DNA from: Desulfobacterales bacterium
GTDB taxonomy: Bacteria; Desulfobacterota; Desulfobacteria; Desulfobacterales; UBA11574
DNA length: 36,485 nucleotides
Assembly (NCBI GenBank): GCA_030601485.1
Contig: JAUVTO010000002.1
Location: 1 to 36,485, forward strand
Direction: 5' to 3'
Notes under the pieces: generated by a model
Database searches by the model: none
Seen by the model: only the letters and a program-made list of their open reading frames with translations
Told to the model about the DNA's origin: nothing
Shown here: piece by piece, positions 1 through 6,519 of the stretch
Layout of the letters: each line of letters opens with the position of its first letter
How positions within the stretch are numbered: position 1 is the stretch's first letter
Program-made: the position numbers and the translations under genes

Positions 1-1
1 C

Positions 2-169
2 GGCGCAGGCGCTGCGGCCCGAAACTCCATCGGCCTGGTGATCGTAGGCGGCATGACCATCGGCAGCCTTTTCACCCTTTTTGTTGTTCCGTCTATTTAC
101 ATACTGATTGCACGGGATCATTCCACAGAAGCGGCGCCCGACGCCGTTGGATCTCAAGGCAAGCTATAA
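2..169 (+). CDS. 3' end of an RND (AcrB/HAE1-type) efflux permease, truncated by the window edge
   Basis: Frame 2 reads GAGAAARNSIGLVIVGGMTIGSLFTLFVVPSIYILIARDHSTEAAPDAVGSQGKL, with stop TAA at 167-169. A hydrophobic last TM followed by VPxxYxLI is typical of RND inner-membrane pumps. It is absent from the ORF track because no start codon lies in the window. Confidence 0.7.
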   Translation, partial: GAGAAARNSIGLVIVGGMTIGSLFTLFVVPSIYILIARDHSTEAAPDAVGSQGKL

Positions 170-183
170 TTTTTTTTCCATAG

Positions 184-257
184 ATGAGTCTGTTGATTAA
201 TGAGGATTTTCGTTCAAGATCAAGGCATGCGAAAAGACCATTAATCAACAGACTCAT
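184..257. repeat. Perfect 19-bp inverted repeat (184-202 / 239-257) with a 36-nt spacer
   Basis: ATGAGTCTGTTGATTAATG at 184-202 is the exact reverse complement of CATTAATCAACAGACTCAT at 239-257. The spacer carries a segment resembling the left arm of the 121-bp repeat (ttcaagatcaaggcatgcgaaa vs ttcaaactcaaggcgtgcaaat). Confidence 0.85.
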
Positions 258-291
258 AGATCCGCTTATGGGGTTGCTACAGATTTGATGT

Positions 292-412
292 TTTCGTAAA
301 AAGTTCAAACTCAAGGCGTGCAAATTTTGCAATCATGAGGCGTACTTATCGTACGTTGAATGATTACGAAATGCAGCACAACGCAGAAGTTGGACTTTTT
401 ACGAGACCGTCA
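292..412 (+). repeat. 121-bp long-hairpin repeat, copy A (MITE/REP-like)
   Basis: It aligns without gaps to 35410-35530 with 5 mismatches by eye. It is internally an imperfect palindrome centred on gaggcgtac-ttatc-gtacg (about 345-360). It overlaps the last codons and the stop of the minus-strand MBL gene. Confidence 0.9.
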
Positions 413-1193
413 GATTTATTTGCATAAGATCTTCTGCAAGGAGCAGGGGGCCGGAATAGGTTTTTCGGCACTGTTTTTCGATATCGACCTGATCGCATTC
501 CGGATAAAAATGGGTCAAAACCAGTTTGCGGACATTGGCCCGGGTTGCAATCTCGCCTGCCAGAGAGGGGGTAAGATGCCCTTTTACCTTCAATTCATCG
601 GGAAGAGCCGATTCACAAATAAGAAGATCTGCATCCTTTGAAAGCGTCACCAGATTTTCGGAAAAATCCGTATCCCCGGAATAGACCATGGATATTCCGC
701 CGGGAGTTGTTATTCTGAATGCAATGCTCTCCGGGTTGTGTTCAACCGGAAGTGATTCCACTTTAAAATCATCAAACTCCTTCATGTCATGGCCGGTATT
801 GTCGAATTCAACAATGTTTAAAAGACCCGGCGCAAGTTCGATCCAATGGCCATAAACATTTTTCAGGTTATCATAAAATTTTGCAAATCCCTTTCCGGCC
901 ATCAGTGTAAGCGGAATTTTGCGCCGTCTCCCGTCAGGATATTTGTTGGCGAATAAAAACGGGACCAGTTCACCGGTATGATCCGGGTGGAAATGGCTAT
1001 AAAAGACAAAGGAAACCTCGAAAATTTCAATACCGTTTTCAAGAAGCTTGTGCATGGTACCGGCTCCGGAATCGAACAGAAGAAATTTGTCCCTTATTTT
1101 CATGAGTATTGAACATGAGCTGCGTCTGAGAGAAGGGACGCATGTTCCGGAACCGAGGATGGTCACAGATGTTTCGACAGGATCAGAACTCAT
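399..1193 (-). CDS. MBL-fold metallo-hydrolase (RNase Z / beta-lactamase superfamily)
   Basis: 264-aa ORF with the HxHxDH motif (YSHFHPDHTGE) and downstream His/Asp motifs. A 4-nt ATGA overlap with the upstream DHH gene suggests an operon. Confidence 0.8.
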   Translation of the reverse strand: MSSDPVETSVTILGSGTCVPSLRRSSCSILMKIRDKFLLFDSGAGTMHKLLENGIEIFEVSFVFYSHFHPDHTGELVPFLFANKYPDGRRRKIPLTLMAGKGFAKFYDNLKNVYGHWIELAPGLLNIVEFDNTGHDMKEFDDFKVESLPVEHNPESIAFRITTPGGISMVYSGDTDFSENLVTLSKDADLLICESALPDELKVKGHLTPSLAGEIATRANVRKLVLTHFYPECDQVDIEKQCRKTYSGPLLLAEDLMQINLTVS

Positions 1194-2179
1194 TTTTTGC
1201 CTGCTTTTTTTTCAACTTTGTTGATGATCCACCGTAAGAGCTTTTTATCATGCTTATAATCGACAACTTCTTTTAGGGCTTCAAACGGAATTTCAGCACG
1301 CGCCATGCTTTTATGGCCGCCTGCAGAGCCGATTTGTCCGAAACTTAGTTTGGCGACTTTTCCTGCATGCTTGCGAAGACCGTCGTTTCTGAAAACAATA
1401 ATAAGCTTTTTACTATATACACCAGAGACAATGCTCCAGTTTACCGAGCTGATTTTCATGAAAAAATCTGCGATAATCACGCAAATGTCAGGATTTACCA
1501 CCGGACCGAGGTAAGCGAACATATGTCCTTTACGGACACGCTTATTATCAAGGGCTATTTTGAAATATTTTAAAAAATCGATCGTCAATTCCGACTGCTC
1601 GATTTTGTTGATAAGATGGAGATTAGAATGACGGTAAAGAAACTGAAATGCCCTGACATCTTCAATTAAGGTTTGACGTACAAAATTGTCCGTATCTGTT
1701 TTAATGGCATAAAACAGGCCGGTGGCCAGTTTGCTGGAAGGTTTAATTTTTGCCGCCCTCAAATATTCGGTCATTATGGTGGCGGTTGCTCCGTATTTAG
1801 GGCGGATGTCCACAAAAGGCGCACTCACACCGGTGTCGGGATGATGATCTATAATGACATGCGGCGGGTACTCTGTAAATACTTCATTATGATTCGGCTG
1901 GGAATCGACAATTACAAAACGGTTGAAGGAATCTTTGACAATGTCTTTAAGTGGGACAAGATCCACACCCAATAGCCGGACCATTGCAATATTGTCCGGA
2001 CGTTTAATGATGTTGATATTGGAAATGGTTACACTGGATACTTTGCGCCAAAGCAATCTTTTGACAGCCATAGCGCTTGCAATTGCATCCGGATCGGCAT
2101 TAATCAGGATAAGAACATTATCTTCGCCTTCAAACGGATCATAAAAACGGCGCAACTTCTCGACAGCAGAGAGTGTCAT
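1190..2179 (-). CDS. DHH/DHHA1 family phosphoesterase (NrnA-like oligoribonuclease/pAp phosphatase)
   Basis: 329-aa ORF with DHH motifs (INADPDAIAS, IIDHHP) and a DHHA1 GGGH-like motif (GSAGGHKSMA). Confidence 0.8.
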   Translation of the reverse strand: MTLSAVEKLRRFYDPFEGEDNVLILINADPDAIASAMAVKRLLWRKVSSVTISNINIIKRPDNIAMVRLLGVDLVPLKDIVKDSFNRFVIVDSQPNHNEVFTEYPPHVIIDHHPDTGVSAPFVDIRPKYGATATIMTEYLRAAKIKPSSKLATGLFYAIKTDTDNFVRQTLIEDVRAFQFLYRHSNLHLINKIEQSELTIDFLKYFKIALDNKRVRKGHMFAYLGPVVNPDICVIIADFFMKISSVNWSIVSGVYSKKLIIVFRNDGLRKHAGKVAKLSFGQIGSAGGHKSMARAEIPFEALKEVVDYKHDKKLLRWIINKVEKKAGKK

Positions 2180-2415
2180 ATGGGTGCTTCTTCCTCAGGT
2201 AGTCTTAAACAAAACGTATTTAACTTACAATATATTACAAAAAAATTTAATGCAATCACACTTTTTTTTCGATTCAGATAAATCAAGAAAAAAAATTGGT
2301 TATCTTCTTGACAGTTACAAATAATATTTGTTATCTGACTACCCTACCATTTTTTAGAGGCATTTATTAAATATCAAAGCAATGCTTCGAATTCAAAGAG
2401 TTTTTATCAGGCAGG

Positions 2416-2700
2416 ATGCCAAAACAAAAAAAAAAGATTTTCGATTATAAAAGAAACCGTGCCTGGACCGAAAATCTTTACATTGTAACGCATCTGGGCC
2501 TTACAATGGCCGGTTGCATCGCTTTGTGTTTTTTTATCGGGCTATACCTTGACAAATGGTTGGGAACAAAGGGGGTTTTCATAAGCATATTTATCATTTT
2601 AGGTGTTATCGGCGGCGCGAACGTGGTATATCGTCAGATTCTCGATATAACTGAACACAAGGAAAATGATAAAATAAATTCCGACAATGGACACTCTTAG
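2416..2700 (+). CDS. AtpZ/ATPase_gene1-family small membrane protein (putative F0F1 accessory subunit)
   Basis: 94 aa with two TM helices. The core GLTMAGCIALCFFIGLYLDKWLGTKGVFISIFIILGVIGGANVVYRQI matches the pattern of small proteins that lead atp operons. It is the first gene of the Fo cluster. Confidence 0.7.
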   Translation: MPKQKKKIFDYKRNRAWTENLYIVTHLGLTMAGCIALCFFIGLYLDKWLGTKGVFISIFIILGVIGGANVVYRQILDITEHKENDKINSDNGHS

Positions 2701-3073
2701 ACAAATACAGAAAAAGTACTGTACCAGAGCTATTTCGGCGGCAATCTTTGCCGGCCTTTTTTTTATCCTTGTCGGTCAAAAACCAATCGGAAAGGGATTG
2801 ATTCTGGGAACTGTTTTCAGCATTATTAATTTTATTCTAATGGGTGAAACTATCCCTATGAAAATGGGTAAAACAAAAAGGAAAACCTACGTGTTTTCCC
2901 TGGGCTCGATTTTTTTCAGATATCTTATTTTAGCAGTGCCCCTGATCACTGCAATAAAACTTGAACAATACAATCTTTTTGCTGTCATTATCGGGATATT
3001 TTTTATCCAGCTTTTCATTCTGGCAGATCACATATTTAACTATTTATCATCTGCCCGTGGAAAACAGATATAG
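2687..3073 (+). CDS. atpI: ATP synthase protein I (AtpI-like)
   Basis: 128-aa polytopic membrane protein located between the atpZ-like gene and atpB. It overlaps the previous gene by 14 nt. Confidence 0.65.
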   Translation: MDTLRQIQKKYCTRAISAAIFAGLFFILVGQKPIGKGLILGTVFSIINFILMGETIPMKMGKTKRKTYVFSLGSIFFRYLILAVPLITAIKLEQYNLFAVIIGIFFIQLFILADHIFNYLSSARGKQI

Positions 3074-3085
3074 GAAGAATGTATT

Positions 3086-3760
3086 ATGGAAGATCTTGGT
3101 AGGATTCACCAACTCATAGTTCATGTTATGGGACGTGATTTGACGTTTAATCTTGAAGTCATTGTGATGACCTGGATCGTCATCACCGCGCTGATTTGCT
3201 TTGGTTTTTTGGCGACCAGAAAAAAGAGTATACTCCCCGGACCAATACAGGTTGTGGGAGAACTTTTTGTAAATTTTCTTTACGGCCTGACCGAAGATGC
3301 TCTGGGTGAGGAACTTTCAAAAAAGTACTCCCCCCTTATATGTGCATTGTTTATGTTTCTTTTACTTTCAAACTGGCTGGGGATCATTCCTCACCTGGAA
3401 GAGCCGACCAAAGATCTCAATACGCCGTTGAGTTTTGGGATCATGGGATTTGTCATCGCCCATCATGCCGGTATCAAGGCCAAGGGAATAAAAAAGTATC
3501 TTAAAGCCTACTGTGAGCCGATGTTTTTTATGGCGCCGTTGAATATAATCGGGGAGTTGGCCAAGGTTGTTTCCATATCTTTTCGTCTCTTTGGCAATAT
3601 TATGGGCGGTGCTATCATCATCCTGGTGGTGTCTTACCTGACCTACAGCATTATTACACCACCTTTTCTGAATGCGTTTTTCGGGGCATTCGTTGGAACT
3701 ATTCAGGCGTTTGTGTTTACCATGCTAACGGTTGTATATATTGCAGTGCAGGTAAATTAG
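3086..3760 (+). CDS. atpB: F-type ATP synthase Fo subunit a
   Basis: 224 aa with the conserved stator Arg context (ISFRLFGNIMGG) and a C-terminal helix (QAFVFTMLTVVYI). Confidence 0.9.
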   Translation: MEDLGRIHQLIVHVMGRDLTFNLEVIVMTWIVITALICFGFLATRKKSILPGPIQVVGELFVNFLYGLTEDALGEELSKKYSPLICALFMFLLLSNWLGIIPHLEEPTKDLNTPLSFGIMGFVIAHHAGIKAKGIKKYLKAYCEPMFFMAPLNIIGELAKVVSISFRLFGNIMGGAIIILVVSYLTYSIITPPFLNAFFGAFVGTIQAFVFTMLTVVYIAVQVN

Positions 3761-3763
3761 CTT

Positions 3764-4735
3764 ATGGCATACGATATTCAAACATGGGTAAGTGTAGCAG
3801 CGTTTAGTGCCGGCGGAATTACCATGGGATTCGGCGCCATAGGAGCGGCGATAGGTGAAGGATATACCGCCGCAAGCGCTAATGAGGCCATCGGCCGTAA
3901 CCCCGAACAGTCGGGTGATATTTTCAAGTCCATGCTGGTAGGGCAGGCCATTGCCGAATCTGCTGCTATTTTTGCGCTGGTCATTGCAATGATGCTTTTG
4001 TTTACGAATTTTACATCACATATTTTAATGATACCTGTTTTATTGAGCGCTGGTTTGTGTATGGGGCTGGGGGCCATCGGTGCCGGCGTAGGTGCGGGAT
4101 ATCCTGCGGCAGCCGCCTGTAGAGGCATGGCCAGGCAGCCGTCCATGAGTGGGCGCTTAACTACCAACATGCTGATCGGTTCAGCGGTCTGCCAGACCCC
4201 TGCGATCTTTGCGTTGGTGGTGTCGTTTATTTTAATGTTTACAGATTTTTCATCAAGTCCGGTTTCACCGACATGGGCGGCGATTCTGGGTGCAGGGATT
4301 TCGTCCGGGTTTGGAGCCATCGGCTCAGGCTTAGGCGGTGGTATGGTTGCGGAAGCCAGTTGTGATGGGATCGCCCGGCAGCCCTTAACTGTAACATCGG
4401 TGACCAATGTCATGCTTCTCGGCCAGGCAGTCACCCAGACCACCGCCATATATGCACTTTTAGTAAGCTTTATCTTGATGTTCAAATCCTTTCCGGCAAC
4501 CGATTTATTAGCCCCTCCCATGGCTTTGCTGGCGGCCGGCTTGTGTATGGGTATCGGTGCCATCGGCCCGGCAATCGGTGAAGGCTTTGCCGGTCGCAGC
4601 GCCGTCGACGGGATTGCACGCAACGAAAAACACATTGCGGATTTGACAAGATTGATGCTGGTGGGGCAGGCGGTGGCCGAGTCAACGGGGATTTATTCCC
4701 TGGTCATTGCTCTAATCCTGATTTTTGTTATTTGA
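3764..4735 (+). CDS. Fused four-hairpin (about 8 TM) F-type ATP synthase c subunit
   Basis: 323 aa made of four tandem c-subunit units. Each has a Gly-rich helix 1 (GxGAIGxxxGxG), a polar loop (GRNPEQ / ARQPSM / ARQPLT / ARNEKH) and a helix 2. The helix-2 carboxylate is present in units 1 and 4 (E65, E306) and is Gln in units 2 and 3 (Q144, Q225). The ATG lies 3 nt after the atpB stop. Confidence 0.85.
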   Translation: MAYDIQTWVSVAAFSAGGITMGFGAIGAAIGEGYTAASANEAIGRNPEQSGDIFKSMLVGQAIAESAAIFALVIAMMLLFTNFTSHILMIPVLLSAGLCMGLGAIGAGVGAGYPAAAACRGMARQPSMSGRLTTNMLIGSAVCQTPAIFALVVSFILMFTDFSSSPVSPTWAAILGAGISSGFGAIGSGLGGGMVAEASCDGIARQPLTVTSVTNVMLLGQAVTQTTAIYALLVSFILMFKSFPATDLLAPPMALLAAGLCMGIGAIGPAIGEGFAGRSAVDGIARNEKHIADLTRLMLVGQAVAESTGIYSLVIALILIFVI

Positions 4736-4790
4736 TGGTAACGTTTCTTGAAAAATAAAATCTAAACCCAAATTATATAGGAGGATTAAA

Positions 4791-5039
4791 ATGGCAATTG
4801 AAGGTGCGGATCTGATAAGAGCATCTGCTTATCTAGGAGCAGGTCTTGCTATGGGACTCGGGGCAATCGGTCCTGGAGTAGGTGAAGGTATGGCAGCCGC
4901 AAAAGCATGTGAAGCAATCGGTAAGAATCCTAAAGAGGCGGGCCTGTTGACCCGAACGATGCTGGTGGGACAGGCGGTTTCCGAGTCTACCGGAATTTAT
5001 TCACTGGTGATTGCATTACTGCTTTTATTCGTTGTTTAA
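4791..5039 (+). CDS. atpE: F-type ATP synthase Fo subunit c (single hairpin)
   Basis: 82 aa with a strong SD (AGGAGG at 4779-4784). Motifs are [10 protein letters not shown], loop GKNPKE, and [18 protein letters not shown] (E65-S66-T67...Y70). Confidence 0.92.
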   Translation: MAIEGADLIRASAYLGAGLAMGLGAIGPGVGEGMAAAKACEAIGKNPKEAGLLTRTMLVGQAVSESTGIYSLVIALLLLFVV

Positions 5040-5072
5040 TTTCTATAGCATTGTTTTAATGGAAGATAGCTT

Positions 5073-5528
5073 ATGGAAATAGTCAGCAACATAGCTCTGA
5101 TAACTATCAATGGGACTTTATTTCATCAACTGATAGCTTTTCTGATATTTGTGTTTATCATGAATCGTATTATGTTTCGTCCCCTGCAGAAAGTTATGGG
5201 CGAAAGAGACAGTTTTATTGAGAAAATAAAGCTGGAAACCGTTGATGCAGCCAAAGAACTTGAGCACCTGACCGATGAGCTGAAAGAGAGGGAATCTGCA
5301 GTTCGAACTAAGGCCATGGAAGTTAGGCGTGAGCTCGAAGCAGGGGGAAGCCAGGAAGCTACCGAGATTTTTACTTCTGCCAACAAAGAGATTGAGACAA
5401 TAAAAGAAAATGCCGAAAATGAAATTAACGCTCGAATCTTAGAAGCAAGAAAGCATCTCCAAAAAGAATCCGAAACCCTGGTTGTAAATATTATGGAAAA
5501 TTTGCTGAATCGGAGACTGGCTCCATGA
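5073..5528 (+). CDS. atpF2: F-type ATP synthase Fo subunit b' (b-family)
   Basis: 151 aa with one N-terminal TM helix followed by a long charged helix (ATP-synt_B pattern). A 4-nt ATGA overlap joins it to the next b gene. Confidence 0.75.
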   Translation: MEIVSNIALITINGTLFHQLIAFLIFVFIMNRIMFRPLQKVMGERDSFIEKIKLETVDAAKELEHLTDELKERESAVRTKAMEVRRELEAGGSQEATEIFTSANKEIETIKENAENEINARILEARKHLQKESETLVVNIMENLLNRRLAP

Positions 5529-6112
5529 AAAGAGTTAATGGAATAACTTTGCTGTGCTTTTGTATCACAGCAGGTGTCCTGAGCCTTCATTTCCTCGGAC
5601 ACGAAGCCTTTGCAGCAGAAAAATCAAGTAGTTGGCGGCCAACATATGATCTGATTTTAAGGTGGATCAACTTTGGGATCATTGTTTTTGTGTTGAATAA
5701 ATATGCAAAAGCTCCACTAATGAATTTCCTGCGGGGTCAAAAAGAAAAGTTGGCAAAGGAAATCAAAAAGCTGGATGATAAAAAGGAAAATGTTGCCGCA
5801 AATATCAAAGAAACCCAAAAAGTCATTGATGTAAGTGAAGTTCGTTTTGCTGAACTTAAAGAGCGAATTGTTAAACAAGGACAAAGGAAAAAACAGGAAA
5901 TTATCGAATCTGCTCATCAGCAAAGTAAAATGATGCTAAAAAATGCCAGACGAAGGATAGGCAGCCAATTTGACCAGGCAAAAAGTGCTTTCAGGGCGGA
6001 ATTGATAGACACAGCAATCGAATTGGCCATGCAAAGACTTCCCCAAGAGATTATCGATGAAGACCACGATAAATTCTTAGATCAATACCTGGCCAGCAAA
6101 TTATCAGACTAA
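5525..6112 (+). CDS. atpF: F-type ATP synthase Fo subunit b
   Basis: 195 aa with an N-terminal hydrophobic segment, a second TM (WINFGIIVFVLNKY) and then a Lys/Glu-rich coiled helix. It is the last gene of the cluster, and no delta or F1 genes follow. Confidence 0.75.
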   Translation: MKRVNGITLLCFCITAGVLSLHFLGHEAFAAEKSSSWRPTYDLILRWINFGIIVFVLNKYAKAPLMNFLRGQKEKLAKEIKKLDDKKENVAANIKETQKVIDVSEVRFAELKERIVKQGQRKKQEIIESAHQQSKMMLKNARRRIGSQFDQAKSAFRAELIDTAIELAMQRLPQEIIDEDHDKFLDQYLASKLSD

Positions 6113-6144
6113 CGTTCTGTTATAAAAATCTTATAAAAGATCTC

Positions 6145-6173
6145 TTGACAACCTAAAAGCTTAGATTTAAAAT
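6145..6173 (+). promoter_or_regulatory. Sigma-70-type promoter candidate for the thi operon
   Basis: TTGACA (6145-6150), 17 nt, then TAAAAT (6168-6173), ending about 8 nt before the TPP riboswitch P1 stem. Confidence 0.6.
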
Positions 6174-6181
6174 AGTATTAT

Positions 6182-6270
6182 CTCGTTAGGGGTGTTGGTA
6201 TCATCTGAGAGTCCGGGAAAGGACAACCCTTAACCACCTGATCAGGGTAATACCTGCGAAGGGAAACGGG
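6182..6270 (+). promoter_or_regulatory. TPP (THI-box) riboswitch aptamer
   Basis: Contains the canonical blocks aGGGGUG...CUGAGA...ACCCUU..ACCUGAUCaGGGUAAUACCuGCGaAGGGA. P1 can form between 6182-6187 and 6265-6270. It lies upstream of thiC. Confidence 0.9.
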
Positions 6271-6294
6271 CCTGCGATTCGGATTTGATTGTCC

Positions 6295-6332
6295 ATGCTG
6301 TTTTCCTATTCGGGGAAACAGCATTTTTTTTT
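6295..6332 (+). terminator. Intrinsic terminator (riboswitch expression platform)
   Basis: A 12-bp stem pairs ATGCTGTTTTCC (6295-6306) with GGGAAACAGCAT (6313-6324), followed by a 9-T run through 6332. Confidence 0.85.
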
Positions 6333-6519
6333 GGAATAAAATTTGTTTACTTACCGATCGCCGTCTTTTTGCATACCGATCAGATAACGCCCCTATTTAA
6401 ACCGGGTTTCTCACTGCTCAGAGCAATACAGGAACACGGCATTTTTCAGGCCGAAGACGCAGTTACTTGGCCTTCAGATCCCATAAAATGGGAATAAACG
6501 CAACGAACGGAGGTATAAA

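Noticed and set aside
93-641. ORFs 93-332 (-) and 360-641 (+)
   Set aside because: The first is composed of the palindromic repeats. The second is antisense to the MBL hydrolase. Neither has coding features.
2308-2336. Promoter candidates with a perfect TTGACA upstream of the atp cluster (2308-2313) and upstream of panC (30772-30777)
   Set aside because: The -35 hexamers are perfect, but the hexamers 17-18 nt downstream (TTATCT/TATCTG; TAATTT) are poor -10 boxes. This is too weak to list as features.
3778-4635. 285-aa minus-strand ORF, plus the 67-aa ORF at 4482-4685, antisense to the fused c-subunit gene
   Set aside because: This is a shadow ORF in Gly/Ala-rich (GCN/GGN) repetitive coding sequence. 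The translation is low-complexity Pro/Ala-rich with no recognisable domain, whereas the plus-strand frame gives four clean c-subunit units.
2416-6112. N-ATPase (atpDCQRBEFAG-type) interpretation of the atp cluster
   Set aside because: The gene order is Z-I-a-c-c-b'-b with no beta/epsilon genes in front and no alpha/gamma genes behind. The small leader proteins fit AtpZ/AtpI rather than the AtpQ/AtpR context.
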